DNA from: Octopus sinensis
Taxonomy: Eukaryota
Assembly (NCBI RefSeq): GCF_006345805.1
Contig: NC_042998.1
Coordinates: 26,660,001 to 26,724,000, forward strand
DNA length: 64,000 nt
Reading direction: 5' to 3'
Of this stretch, positions 36,981 through 49,568 are shown piece by piece. Made by a program: the position numbers and the translations under genes. How positions within the stretch are numbered: the first letter of the stretch is position 1; each line of letters begins with the position of its first letter. Below the pieces are notes generated by a model that ran no database searches, had not been told where the DNA came from, and saw only the letters and a list, made by a program, of their open reading frames with translations.

Positions 36981-38816
36981 CATATTCACTGATACTATCT
37001 CTAACAACCAAACCATTTATACTGTTACGCTCCAATAATATATCATGAATATAAAACTAAAATTGTATATAAATATAAATTATATTCATTGCTAATATAT
37101 ATAATCAGTTATGTATGTATAGCAAACACTCATATATCAAATTTTTCTTGTGTAAGGAATGAGTCATACTGCCAAGATGCTCATCTCTGAGAATGTTAAC
37201 CCTTTGTTCTCTACTTTGTCGGGGTTTTTTTCTTCTTTCTTTTTTCCTTCTTATTGTTTTTTAATCAATGAAAATAAAAATAGGGGAGTGGAGACAGAAT
37301 GTAAATGAGATTATTTATACAAAGAATAAAAGAGATATTCTTCTTTGGAATTTTAACATAAAACTGTCAGGCAAAAAAACATTTCGTAATATCATAATAT
37401 AAATGTTTGTTTGAAGTTAGCTATAGAGATATAAAACTGAGTTAATAAGGGTATTGCTATTCAAACAAGATTTTTCAATATTTCTTTATAAATGGAGGAA
37501 GTTTATTTTATCTGAGAAGAAAAACAATATCAATAAAACAAAAACCACAAAAAAAGATACAAACATATATATTTTTTATCTTTCAACATAGAATATTATG
37601 TCTTCCATTTTGCTTACATCTTAGGGCTCATATTTTTTCCTATTATATATCATGATGAGCAATAATAAAAATCATATTGATATTAATATAATATGATGTT
37701 AGTTGTGATATACAGAATTATTTAATATCAATGCAAATAAAATATCTAATCTTACACTAAGCAAAGAGAAGATTATGTGATATCAAAATTAACAGGAAAA
37801 TTTATTTAGAAAAAAAAAAAAATGCAACCCACTCTTAGAATTCAGATATGTTAATCCTCCCTTTTTTTTTTTTTTTTTTAAGATAAAGAATGCTAGTTGC
37901 ATAAATAAAATTGTTTGATTTGTAGCAAGTTTGTGGCTGAGGGGCAATTATTGAAAAGTGAAACCTTTATTTTTCAGATAACGCAAATTTTTTTTAAAAT
38001 GTTACATTAGGGCAAAAAATTTTATCTTTTAACAAAATAAAGTATTCCAATTGTTTCTTTGTTTCCCCCAATCAATATTCTATCTGAAAATAAGTGTAAT
38101 TTACATTCTTTGAACTACATGAGGAAATCTAGTTTCTAGAACGAGATATCAGTTAACAATCTTTCTTTGTAGTCGTTCTATACAAAGTCTAAACTGCCAT
38201 TAAATGCATATTTCTTATTTCTTTTCTTTTCTTTTTTTTTTATATTTTACTTTTTTTTTCTTTTTTGTAATCAGAGACAGTGAATAATATGAGCATTATA
38301 TGTACGAGGAAACAATTCTGAAACACTGAATGAATGACAAAGAATGAAAAGAATGAAACATACTCTAAAGAAATTTATCAGATATCACAAAATAAGCGCT
38401 GAAGAAAAGTAGATATTTAAAGGTTATCTTCTCAGAAAGACCATAAAATTTAGGGAAGAACCCAGTTGTGCACTTTCTTTTATTTATTTCATTATCATCA
38501 GTTCATACGGGATTTTTAAAAAGTGAAATATGTAGGTAAATTCCTGCGACTTGATATTGGAATAAAAGTTAATTTACATGCAAAATGATTAACAGACATC
38601 ATCATTTTCTAATATCTTAAAAATAATTGTGTATGTGTGTGCATATATATACACACACACACACATATGTGTATATATATATATATATATATATCACCGT
38701 GACCGACCAGGCTATCAGATGTTGCTACACATCGCTGGTCACAATGCGCTTCACATTGTTTTAGCCTTCAAATGATGCCATCCCGCTGGCTAAGCAAGCA
38801 GGACATATATATATAT

Positions 38817-38915
38817 ATCATCATCATCATTTAACGTCCATTTTCAATGCTGGCATGGGTCAGACAGTTTGACATGAGCTGGCCAGCCAGGAACTGTCCA
38901 GCGTCCAATTGTCTG
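38817..38915 (-). mobile_element. RTE LINE extreme 3' end
   Basis: (CAT)n-TTAACGTCCATTTTCAATGCTGGCATGGG. Confidence 0.85.
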
Positions 38916-39149
38916 TTGTGTGTGTGTGTGTGTATGTTATGATTGTATGTGTGTATGTATGTATAAGGTCTTTGGTGGGTAGAAAGATGGGATATTTCCA
39001 ATGCGGCACTTAATCAAGCTTTAGGCTATTCTTCAGGTGTTGAAAATCCAGGTGCCACAATCATAAACCCTTTGTGTGAGTTTAACCATGCTTTTCCCTG
39101 CCTTGGGATTGACATTGTATTTGCCCTGTCCATCTTTTCACAAGTTCTT

Positions 39150-39530
39150 TTACTCTTTTACTTGTTTCAGTCATTTGACTGAGGCCATGCTGGAGCACCG
39201 CCTTTAGTCAAGCAAATTGATCCCTGGACTTATTCTTTGTAAGCCTAGTACTTATTCTATCAGTCTCTTTTGCCGAACTGCTAAGTGATGGGGACATAAA
39301 CACACCAGCATCGGTTGTCAAGCAATGCTAGGGGGACAAACACAGACACACAAACATACACACACACATATATATACATATATACGACGTGCTTCTTTCA
39401 GTTTCCATCTACCAAATCCACTCACAAGGCTTTGGTCGACCTGAGGCTATAGTAGAAGACACTTGCCCAAGATGCCACACTGTGGGACTGAACCCTGAAC
39501 CATGTGGTTGGTAAGTAAGCTACTTACCAC
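39150..39530 (-). mobile_element. SINE family A, near full length
   Basis: Closely matches 22893-23288. Confidence 0.93.
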
Positions 39531-40127
39531 ATTTATATTTTTATTTTTACCTACACTTTTTTATTTTCTCCTGATACAAGGAAAACACAATGCCTGACAG
39601 ACGCACTGTAAGAACACATGTTTGATGCAAGTCTGAAGAAGTGTTACTCTAATGCTTAGAACCAAAATATGTAAATTTTTCACTTGGAACTTTAGCATGA
39701 ACTGGTGTTGTAAGCAGAGTTGGTACAGAAATGATTGTAATTAGTCATTAAAAATGTGATAAAATCTTTCCATGTCTTCTCATTTGGATCATATATACAT
39801 GTATTTTACGTATATATATGTGTGTGTGTTGGTTTCCTAGTATGTCTCCACTGTCATTTTTTTGTTCTCATCTTTGACCCTCCATAAATCCTAAATTTTA
39901 TTTTAGAATTTATGGGTGCAGCTGTCTTTCAAGACTCATATTGTTGTTAAATGCTCGAAACGAAGAGTAGATAGGCAGCTGACAACTGATGAACGGTCTT
40001 TCCTCTGTGTTTACATGTCCTGTTTTCCATTTTTCTTTTCTTGTTGCTTACATATTTCACTCGTTTTTCCCTCGTTTATTTATGTATTTCATGTTATTTG
40101 CACCGTTGGTGACATCCTGTCCCATAT

Positions 40128-40145
40128 ATGCATGCATGTATGCAA

Positions 40146-40185
<40 letters not shown>

Positions 40186-40202
40186 ATATATATGTGTATA
40201 TA

Positions 40203-40237
<35 letters not shown>

Positions 40238-40445
40238 GATGATGATGATGTATGTACGTATGTATGTGTATATATACATATATGAAGATGATGATATATA
40301 ATATATATTTATGTGTGTATATATATATATATATATACATATATATGTATGTCTGTCTGTATAGGCATGCATGTATACATGCATCACACACACACGTGTG
40401 TATTTATGTGTGTAATATATGAACAGAAATTATATATATATGTAA
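40128..40445. repeat. Compound TA/TG/ATG microsatellite
   Basis: Read directly from the sequence. Confidence 0.9.
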
Positions 40446-40769
40446 ATATGTCTAATTCTGATAATAAAAATACATCGGAAAATGTACTAAAAAAACAAAC
40501 ATCGAGAAGGTTCTCTAATCATTCTTTTCTACCATTAGTAGACATGCCGAAGAGATAAAGAAAAAAAAAAGCATGGCAAAAAGAAGCAACTATAAGTCAC
40601 AGTGGTAGTGATGAAGATACATAGCCATGACTTGAGCTGTATTTCGTAGTCTGGGGAAAATTTATATTATGGATCGGCAGAAAATAGTAATATGACAGGG
40701 GGAAAAGAAACATATCAGCGAATATATATTGATTCCTTTTTCCTTTTTGTCCATTTTTATTATTTATGA

Positions 40770-40805
<36 letters not shown>

Positions 40806-41297
40806 ATGTATCATGATGTGAGAAGTTATGGAGAGAAGTGAAGAATTTCAATACAAGAGCCAGGGAAACCAGTTATATTGATAGAAAAATGGCAGTCAGA
40901 GAACAAAGATATAATTGGCACCAACAATATACACTACTTTTATTTCATTCAGTGTAATATCTAATTCTTGGAGTCTTTTTCCTCTATGTAATGTTATCTT
41001 CCACCAGAATAAAGTAATAAAAATATATATTACTTAGAAATATGTCTAATTGGTTCTCTCATATTTATATGGGTTTATTAAAATGTAATATATATTTGCA
41101 TCACTCAGGTATTACATATATGTGTATATATATATATATATGTGTAAGTATGTATGTGTGTATATATGTACAAAAATATATATATATATGAAGAGAGAGA
41201 CAAACAGAGTGGGCGGGAATATCGTTATAGAAACAATCAATCAAAATATACTTATATACATATATATGATGGAACATATATATATTATATATTATAT

Positions 41298-41368
41298 ATA
41301 CTGGCAGTGCCCCAGCATGGACACAGCCTTAGGGCTGAAGCATGTCAGAGAATAAAAGAACATTTATA

Positions 41369-41401
<33 letters not shown>

Positions 41402-41520
41402 TATATATACTGGCAGTGCCCCAGCATGGACACAGCCTTAGGGCTGAAGCATGTAAGAGAATAAAAGAACATTTATATGTATGTGTGTGTGTATATATAT
41501 ATATATATTATATATATATA
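41298..41520 (+). repeat. Tandem duplication (~110-bp unit) of a short retroposon tail plus microsatellite
   Basis: TACTGGCAGTGCCCCAGCATGGACACAGCCTTAGGGCTGAAGCATGT.AGAGAATAAAAGAACATTTATATG occurs twice. Confidence 0.9.
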
Positions 41521-41537
41521 TGCATGTGTGTGTGTGA

Positions 41538-41770
41538 ATCATCATTGTCATTTAACGTCCACTTTCCTTGCTGGCATGGGTTGGACAGTTTGACAGGAGC
41601 TGGCTAGCCGGCGGGCTGCACCAGGCTCAAGTTGTCTGTTTTGACATGGTTTCTATGGCTGGATGCCCTTCCTAATGCCAACCACTTTACAAGTGTACTG
41701 GTTACCTTTTATGTGCCACCGACAATGGACACAGTTTCACTTAGCTTGACATATCTTCTCAAGCACAGCA
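41538..41770 (-). mobile_element. RTE LINE 3' end
   Basis: TTTAACGTCCACTTTCCTTGCTGGCATGGGTTGGAC...GGATGCCCTTCCTAATGCCAACCAC. Confidence 0.88.
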
Positions 41771-41879
41771 AACTGACACACACACACACACAGACAATTA
41801 TCTATGTAAATCTCATTTTAACAGATATATTTACCAAAATTATATTAAAATATCTTGAAATACTAAAGAGTAAATATAT

Positions 41880-42185
41880 TAAATAAAATCACCACTGGCT
41901 TCAACCACGGCCTCCAGATAACATTGGAATTTTCTGCAACTCTTCTGGACGGTTTCCTTGGTCAAATTTTGCCATAATCCTTGCCTTCAGTTCATCTTTG
42001 GTGTTACAAGGAGTTTTGTTGGTTTCTCACTCAATTGCACCCCACACATAATAATCAAGGGTGTTGCAGTCTGGGGAGTTAGGTGGCCAGATGTTAGGAG
42101 AGATGGCATCACAGAGATTGTCTGACAGCCATGACTTTCATCTGGTGACAATGCTTCATCTGACAGTGGATTAAAAGCAACCAAG
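41880..42185 (-). pseudogene. Tc1/mariner-superfamily transposase C-terminal fragment
   Basis: Manual minus-strand translation gives ...SPNIWPPNSPDCNTLDYYVWGAIE*ETNKTPCNTKDELKARIM..., the WPPxSPDxNPLDY motif. Confidence 0.8.
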
Positions 42186-42340
42186 ATGTGTGTGTGTGTG
42201 TGCGCACGTGCACATTAAGTGTACATACATACACACACAAACTTGGGTACAAATATATGAGAGGGAGCCATTAATTAGCTGGTATGCATTGATAAAAGTT
42301 GTTACCAGGAAAATCTTTTTTCTAAGACAGTATCATCTTC

Positions 42341-42565
42341 AAGGCAGTGAGCTGGCAGAAACGTTAGCACGCCAGGTGAAATGCTTAGCGGTATTTCGTC
42401 TGCTGCTATGTTCTGAGTTCAAATTCTGCCGAGGTCGACTTTTCCTTTCATCCTTTTGGGGTCAATTAAATAAGTACCAGTTACGCATTGGGGTCGATAT
42501 AATCGACTTAATCCGTTTGTTTGTCCCTTCTGTGTTTAGCCACTTGTGGGTAGTAAAGAAATAAG
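42341..42565 (+). mobile_element. SINE family C, full length
   Basis: AAGGCAGTGAGCTGGCAGAAACG...GAGTTCAAATTC...CACTTGTGGGTAGTAAAGAAATAAG. Confidence 0.92.
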
Positions 42566-43726
42566 TATCATCTTCAATACCATAGGGATTTAAAACTTTA
42601 ATGACACAAAAGATATATTGTGCAAAATTTTCAGTGAAAAACGCTCATTGTTTAACACACATTGGAAGTGTCTGAAACTAGAGAAAAACAACAATGAGAA
42701 CTACATCACATATGGTGGTAGTGTAAACAGGGAATGCGAGAAGTTTAAGCTGGACGAATTAACACCAAATATGTTCAAATGCCTGGTTTTACACAAGGAC
42801 TTACTGCCGAAAAGGACACAGAAGTTAGAACTAGAATTCTTGCAAAGTTGGAACAAAACCAGGACGTAACCCTACAGCAAGTGTCAGAAGAATGTGAAAG
42901 GATAGTTAAGTTAAGACATGACACAGAGGAAATTGAACAGAAAGATTGTTTCCAAATAAAACAAGTGTAAAATAATCCAAATAGAGATAAAGTGTTTTAT
43001 AAAAAAAATACAACAAAAATCAGGAAATAAACCCTTGTTTTGCATGTGGAGGTATACACCTAAGTAAAAATTGTCCATTTAAGAAAGCAGAGTGCTTTCA
43101 TTGCGATAATATCGGACATATAAAGATGCACTGTAGAACGAAGATGATAAAATGTCAGAGCAAAGGAAAAAGAATAAATAGCATATCATCAGAAAAAATT
43201 GGTAATATAACAATGAGGAAATTCGTGAAGGTGAAAATCAGAAATGCAAGCATTAAGATGAAGTTGGACACTGGTAGTGATATTACCATTATAAACGTAA
43301 AAACATGGAAATATATCAGTAAGCCGAAATTAATTCAATTGAAAAAGATAGCACATGGTGTTATATTTTTTTCAGTGAATTCTTATGTAATGTAACATTT
43401 CAAGGTGAAATGCAAAAGGCAAAGATATATGTATTACAAGATTCACTCAGTTTATTTGGCACAGAGTGAATGGAACTATTCAAAGTATGGAATACACCCA
43501 TAAGTGTTTTGTGTGGAAATATAGTTGGTTCATCGAGGGCTGAGGGACTGAAACAAAAAAATTGTAGCAAAACAGAGTGAAACACCTGTATGTAAGCCAA
43601 AATGAAATTAAAAATTTACCTGCAATAAAAAGTAAACATAGTTCAAAAGTAGATGTTCCGTGGTCAAGACTACACATCAATTTCACTTTAGTCCTTTAAA
43701 TGGTCCTTACTATTTAGTGGTAGTAG

Positions 43727-44662
43727 GTGTAGGAGTGACTGTGTGGTAAGTAGCTTGCTTACCAACCACATGGTTCCGGGTTCAGTCCCACTGCATGGCA
43801 CCTTGGGCAAGTGACTTCTACTATAGCCTCGGGCCGACCAAAGCCTTGTGAATGGATTTGGTAGACGGAAACTGAAAGAAGCCTGTCGTATATGTGTGTG
43901 TCATCATCATCATCGTTTAACGTCCGCTTTCCATGCTAGCATGGGTTGGACGGTTCAACTGGGGTCTGGCAACCTCGAAGGCTGCACCAGGCCAGTCAGA
44001 TCTGGCAGTGTTTCTACAGCTGGATGCCCTTCCTAATGCCAACCACTCCGAGAGTGTAGTGGGTGATTTTATGTGCCACCGACACAGGTGCCAGGCGAGG
44101 CTGGCAGACGGCCATGCTCGGATGGTGTTTCTATGTGCCACCGACACAGGTGCCAGACGAGGCTGGCAGACGGCCACGCTCGGATGGTGTTTTTATGTGC
44201 CACCGACACAGGTGCCAGACGAGGCTGGCGAACGGCCACACTCGGATGGTGTTTGTTACGTGCCCTCAGCACGGAGGCCAGTCGATGCGGTACTAGCTAC
44301 GGTCACGTTCGGATGGTTTTCTTATGTGCCACCGGCACTGGTACCACAAGGATACAAATTCCATTGATGTTCATCTATTTTGATTTGGTTTGATTTGATT
44401 GATTTGATTTTCACTTGCCTCATATATATATATGTGCATGTGTGTGTGTGTCTGTGTTTGTTCCCCCAACATCGCTTGACAAACCCCAACATTGCTTGAC
44501 AACCGATGCTGGTGTGTTTATGTCCCTGTAACTTAGCGGTTTGGCAAAAGCGACCAATAGAATAAGTACTAGGCTTACAAAGAATAAGTCCAGGGGTCAA
44601 TTTGCTCGACTAAAGGTGGTGCTCCAGCAAGGCCACAGTCAAACGACTGAAACAAGTAAAAG
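43727..44662 (+). mobile_element. SINE family A inserted in the Gypsy integrase and itself split by an RTE end
   Basis: Head at 43727-43900, tail at 44425-44662; the Gypsy reading ...YYLVVV / DSFFEWPEI lies on either side. Confidence 0.9.
43901..44420 (-). mobile_element. RTE LINE 3' end with a homogeneous 62-bp VNTR
   Basis: (CAT)n start; units begin at 44071, 44133 and 44195, with diverged units after. Confidence 0.92.
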
Positions 44663-46234
44663 ATTAAAGAGAGCTGATAGTTTTTTTGAATGGCCTGAAA
44701 TTTGCAAGTGTGAAAAACCAGCCTCCTCAATTGTGATAAATTTTTTACACGAATTGTTTGCAATATTTGGTCTCCCAGACAAGATAATGTCTAACAATGG
44801 AACACAATTTGTGTCTAGCGAATTTTTAAAATTTTGTGAAATTTTCCTGGTAGAACATAAAACTATGGTTCCATATCATCCCAGATCTAATGGACAGGCA
44901 GAATGGTTTGTTGATAGCTTCAAAAGAACCCTTAGAAAATTGAATAAGGAAGTCACGGATGAGGTAGCCCTACAACAATTTTCAAGAGTGTACCATGTGA
45001 CACCAAATCCAAATACAGGTAGATCACCAGCGGAGCTAATATTTGCAAAGAAAGTAAAACCAGCCTTTGATAAATTGCTACCTGGCAAGAAAAGGAGAAG
45101 TGCAAGGGAAGACATAGCAAGATTCTTTAAAGTTAGTGAAAAGATCTATATGAGATCTATACAAGAAGGGAAAACAGAGTTGAGAAGATGGTGTAATTTA
45201 CCAAATGCATAGGTAAAAATGATACATTGGATAAAGAATGTAGAAAAGGCATAGAAAAGAGACACAGGAAGCAACTGAAAAAAGAGATTCGTGGAAAGTG
45301 AACCAAAGAAGTTTGAGACCAATGGAATGGTCGTACGATATGTTCCCAAGTACCAATGCCACTGCAGATGATTGAACCCAGGTATACAAGTGAGAGGAAA
45401 AGAAAACATACAAAGTTCCTGAAAATAGATGCCAAGTGCAAAAAATATTAAATTGTACGAAAAGCAAAAACTCGAAAACGGTAAGTGGAGTGAATTAAAA
45501 TAATTATTGCTAAATAAAATGACACTTCCTAAGAAAAACTTAAAAGGGGAGATGTTGCAGGTAATTAGTAACAATGGTACACCCCTCCCACATGACAAAT
45601 GGAATAACCTAGTCACTGTAAGTAAAGGGAAGAATGTGAAGTACGAGAGTACACAGTAGGTGGTCAGAGATAGTTGTGTCTTTACTGGTTCTACTAAGTA
45701 TACTGTATACTGAAGTGGGCGTTATAACAATCCAACATACTAAGGATCGTAACACTTATACAAACTAAGAGTAGAGGAGAACTCATGGTTTTCAGAAACA
45801 TTTTCTCACACTCAGAATTGTTGAAGCCTAGAGTGAACTACTCACAAGAGCTGTTAACTGTTGGGTCATTGTATTCTTAAAAAAATTCCCCATGTTCTGA
45901 AAATCACCAGCGCTATCCTACTTTTACACTTCCAACAAGTTGTAGTACATCTTAATACTGTATACAATAAGCTCATACTCTGTGTGTGTGTGTGTAGACA
46001 GACAAACAGACATATAGATAGGCAGGCACATATATACATATGCATAACCCAATATTTGTATAAATATATGCATATGCAAATATATATATATTTATATGTT
46101 ACCTTCGTCTGTGGACATTGCTCATGGACCTGCCTTTCCCATATCGGACTTGTCAGTCATGAGCATGCATGCACGCGACGTGGACAGCCTTCCTGATCTT
46201 CGTTCGCGAAACCAAACAATAATAATAATAATAT

Positions 46235-46271
<37 letters not shown>

Positions 46272-46315
46272 CATACATACATATGCGTACATATACACAT
46301 ATTTTCTCTTATTCC

Positions 46316-46349
46316 TTTCTGTTGAAGAGCATAAGCTCGAAACATAAAA
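46316..46349 (+). ncRNA. Degenerate or variant hammerhead motif, family 3 (related to family 2)
   Basis: UUU-CUGUUGA-A-GAGC-AUAA-GCUC-GAAA-CA-UA-AAA. The downstream sequence resembles that of family 2. The core has an A6U change and stem III is mismatched. Confidence 0.45.
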
Positions 46350-46849
46350 TACTTTCTCTCCTTCCCGAACGTCAAACTAATACACCTGCTTGCTGTTTAT
46401 ACACTTGTCTTCGTCTTTTGTTTTCCTATGAATTTCAGCTACACACATGTACTTGCATATGCATACACATATACATACATGCCTATAGACATACATACAC
46501 GCATACATATATGAATGCATGCATACATACATACACAGAAAATTGAAGAGAAGGTAAGATGAATTTGAGCAGGGATGTACACAGCAAAAACCAGAGACCG
46601 ACTGGTGCTCTCCTATTTCTTTACTATCCACAAGGAGCTAAACACAGAAGGGACAAACAAGGACAGACAAACGGATTAAGTCGATTACATCAAACCTAGT
46701 GCGTAACTGTTACTGATGTTCTCCTACTCATCTCTCACTGTTGAGATGTTTTATGTACAAAAAATCATTCATAAACTGATTTGTTCATGATGAAAGGCAT
46801 TTATAAATTGAGGTTCCAATGTGTATGTGTGTATATATATTAATTCATG

Positions 46850-47690
46850 AGATAGTTCTTTAAAAATTGTAGGGAAAATATTGGGCAGAATCATCCTGAA
46901 TAAAGTTCTTAAACATAGGATATCCTTTCTGCACAGGTTCTACTTGAGTTTTTGAGCTGGACGAAGAACGAATGACATGCTATTCACTCACTACAAAAGA
47001 AAGGCTCTGAGCAGAGACTTGGCGTCTATCAGTGCTTCAATGATTTTGCCAGAGCCTTTGATGCAGTGAACCATGATGTATTATGGCAATTCTTCAGAAA
47101 GTTCCTTGTCTTGATAAATTCACAAATATCAAGTCCTTTCATGATGATAAGAGAGCATGTGCTGTAATCTGTGGAGAATTCTCAGATTCTCTTACAATCA
47201 GAGATGGTGTAAGGCAGAATGATACGACTCTGTTTGCTATGTATTTCACAACAGTCTTTGCCAATCACTTTCAAAGACTTCTTTTAGAGTATTTACATAT
47301 ATCACTGCACATCTGATAAATAATTCAATGTTAAACAGCTTAATTCTAAATCACACACTTCTGTATCTCTGATAAGAGGCCTCTTGTATGCTGATGGCTT
47401 TGATATTGTCACACACAATGAAGAAGATTTTCAAACACTCAGAGATAAACTCCATTGGTCTCTCACATATTAATGCTCGCAATGAGCACTGATAAACTCT
47501 ATTATTGTTTATCAGCCGCGCCCAGCATATCCTCATATATATATATATCCTAATATAGAGATAACACAATTTGAAAACTTCCTTTAAATATCATGGCAGA
47601 ATGTTAAACAGAAATGCATGTTTTGATGATGAAATCATGAAGAGAACCCAAAAGCCATGGTTTGCTTTTGGAAAATTCCAACCTTCAAAA
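46850..47690 (+). pseudogene. Degraded LINE reverse transcriptase (RTE-like)
   Basis: Manual translation across frameshifts gives GKILGRIIL..., DFARAFDAVNHDVLW, GEFSDSLTIRDGVRQ (ORF 47083..47316) and LLYADG (YADD-like). Confidence 0.8.
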
Positions 47691-47699
47691 TGATATATT

Positions 47700-47850
47700 C
47701 TTTTACTTGTTTTAGTCATTTGACTGTGGCCACACTGGAGCACTGCCTCAAAGGGTTATAGTTGAAGAAATCAATCCCAGGTGTTATTCTTTGTAAAACC
47801 AAATACTTATTCTATCGGCATCTTTTGCCAAACCACTAAGTTACGGGGAA
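47700..47850 (-). mobile_element. SINE family A tail fragment
   Basis: TTTTACTTGTTTTAGTCATTTGACTGTGGCCAC.CTGGAGCAC...ATACTTATTCTATCGG. Confidence 0.8.
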
Positions 47851-48107
47851 CCATTAAGTTACCACTAAGTTATGGCAGTCATCTTCTCTCCCCTGTTTTC
47901 AACACATACTTCATTATATTCCTTAAACCAATGACAAATTAGTCCAACACTAAATGTTCTTGGATCCATTGCATGCTAGCAAGCTGGTTCTCAGCAAAAT
48001 GTGTTGAAAAGCTGCAGAAAAAGTTTCTGCCATTGAAGAGTTGTCGGGTGAAAAATATTAAAGGTGAACACAGCAAAAACTGAAGAAAAAGTCAGGTAAG
48101 TATCTTT

Positions 48108-48108
48108 C

Positions 48109-48150
<42 letters not shown>

Positions 48151-48175
48151 TGTATGTATGTATGTATGTATGTAT

Positions 48176-48218
<43 letters not shown>

Positions 48219-48271
48219 ATATATGTGTGTGTGTGTGTGTGTGTGTGTATGCGTATGTATATGTATGTATG

Positions 48272-48317
<46 letters not shown>

Positions 48318-48332
48318 TATATTTGTAATATA

Positions 48333-48394
<62 letters not shown>

Positions 48395-48453
48395 AATATA
48401 TATAGATACATTTATATATATACACACATATATATATATATGTAAATATAATG

Positions 48454-48488
<35 letters not shown>

Positions 48489-48506
48489 AAATATAAATGT
48501 ATATAC

Positions 48507-48540
<34 letters not shown>

Positions 48541-48574
48541 AAATATAAATGTATATACATATATGTAAATATAA

Positions 48575-48608
<34 letters not shown>

Positions 48609-48633
48609 AAATATAAATGTATATACATATATG

Positions 48634-48686
<53 letters not shown>

Positions 48687-48725
48687 AAATATATATACAT
48701 GTAAATATAAATATATATATATACA
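48108..48725. repeat. ~620-bp compound TA/TG microsatellite with higher-order units
   Basis: (TG)n-TAAATATAAATGTATATACATATAT is repeated three times at 48470-48635. Confidence 0.95.
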
Positions 48726-49427
48726 TGGTAAGGAAAGAGAGTTAATAGAACTGGCATGTCATCATGATTTCAATCTAAAGTAATGACTGCTGGCTTCTTG
48801 TGAACTACATGTTGTGCATGCTTACACAGCAAATTGTTGTATATGCCAAAGTGGACTTCATGTGAATGTTAGTTATGGTATACCCTTGGCAGAATCTCTG
48901 GAGGAATAAATATGTTCTTCATGTCATACAAAGATTTAAGGATACCGCATGACCTTGTCAAGTTATTACAATGCCTGTATGTCAATAATTAGTAAATGTC
49001 AACATAATACCTGTTTGCAAAAATTAGCTCACCTATGTATATAGAATATATATGGAAGTTAATATGCATATATATATATATATATATACGTAGTTGTTAT
49101 TGTTACTATTGCCATCATCATCATCATCATCATCATCAGTTATTGCTGCTGTTGTTGTTGATGACAATGATGGTAAAATTCTTTGAATTTTCGAAGTAGA
49201 TTTTCTGCAGTTTTCACGTCACAGAGAGATGGGCGTACAACATAAATACTTACAGATATGATACGTTGACTACATACTGCTATGTAGAAAATATATACAA
49301 CATAATGTGGGCAATATTTATTCAGATATACACATATATTCTGATAAAATGTGACAGTCACATTTTATCAGAATGTATCGGGTCATGAAGAATAAAATGT
49401 CCGATTTTGAACTGAAAGTTTATTTTA

Positions 49428-49568
49428 TAAGATTGTCCCAAAAGTTCGTAGAAAGTCTTGGAAAATAATGGTCTTTATTTTGAGGAATAATTTTTATTGT
49501 TTTTGATAGTACTTGGCGAGTAAAAGTTCAATTTTCGCAAGTGTTTACGAACTTTTGGGACAACCTAA
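49428..49568. mobile_element. Small mariner-type MITE nested in the mariner 3' end
   Basis: TA-TAAGATTGTCCCAAAAGTTCGTA ... TACGAACTTTTGGGACAACCTAA-TA. Confidence 0.85.

Larger units (their letters stand above)
42612..45754 (+). mobile_element. Ty3/Gypsy LTR retrotransposon relic: gag, protease, integrase, PPT and 3' LTR; RT/RNaseH deleted; two nested insertions
   Basis: Gag remnants with a CFHCDNIGHIKMHC zinc knuckle (~43096-43137), protease LDTGSD (~43263), PWSRLHI (~43660), integrase core FGLPDKIMSNNGTQF...YHPRSNGQAE (ORF 44541..45212), PPT AAAAGGGGAGA followed by TGTTGC at 45553, and a candidate LTR end GTAACA at 45754. No 5' LTR seen. Confidence 0.88.

Noticed and set aside
38502-38535. 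34-nt candidate plus-strand exon (also 13506-13574, 16395-16514 and 53535 onward)
   Set aside because: The splice-like signals are good but the segments are too short or unlinked to support a gene model.
44071-44340. CRISPR-like array of ~62-bp repeats
   Set aside because: The units are contiguous with no unique spacers, lie within an RTE 3' UTR, the context is eukaryotic and there are no cas genes.
44541-45212. 223-aa ORF as an intact gene
   Set aside because: Its first ~45 codons come from the SINE A tail read into the Gypsy integrase remnant, so it is a chance fusion.
47991-48757. Long Tyr/Ile/His/Thr-rich ORFs (also near 16.6, 40.0 and 51.4 kb)
   Set aside because: They are translations of TA, TG and CA microsatellites.
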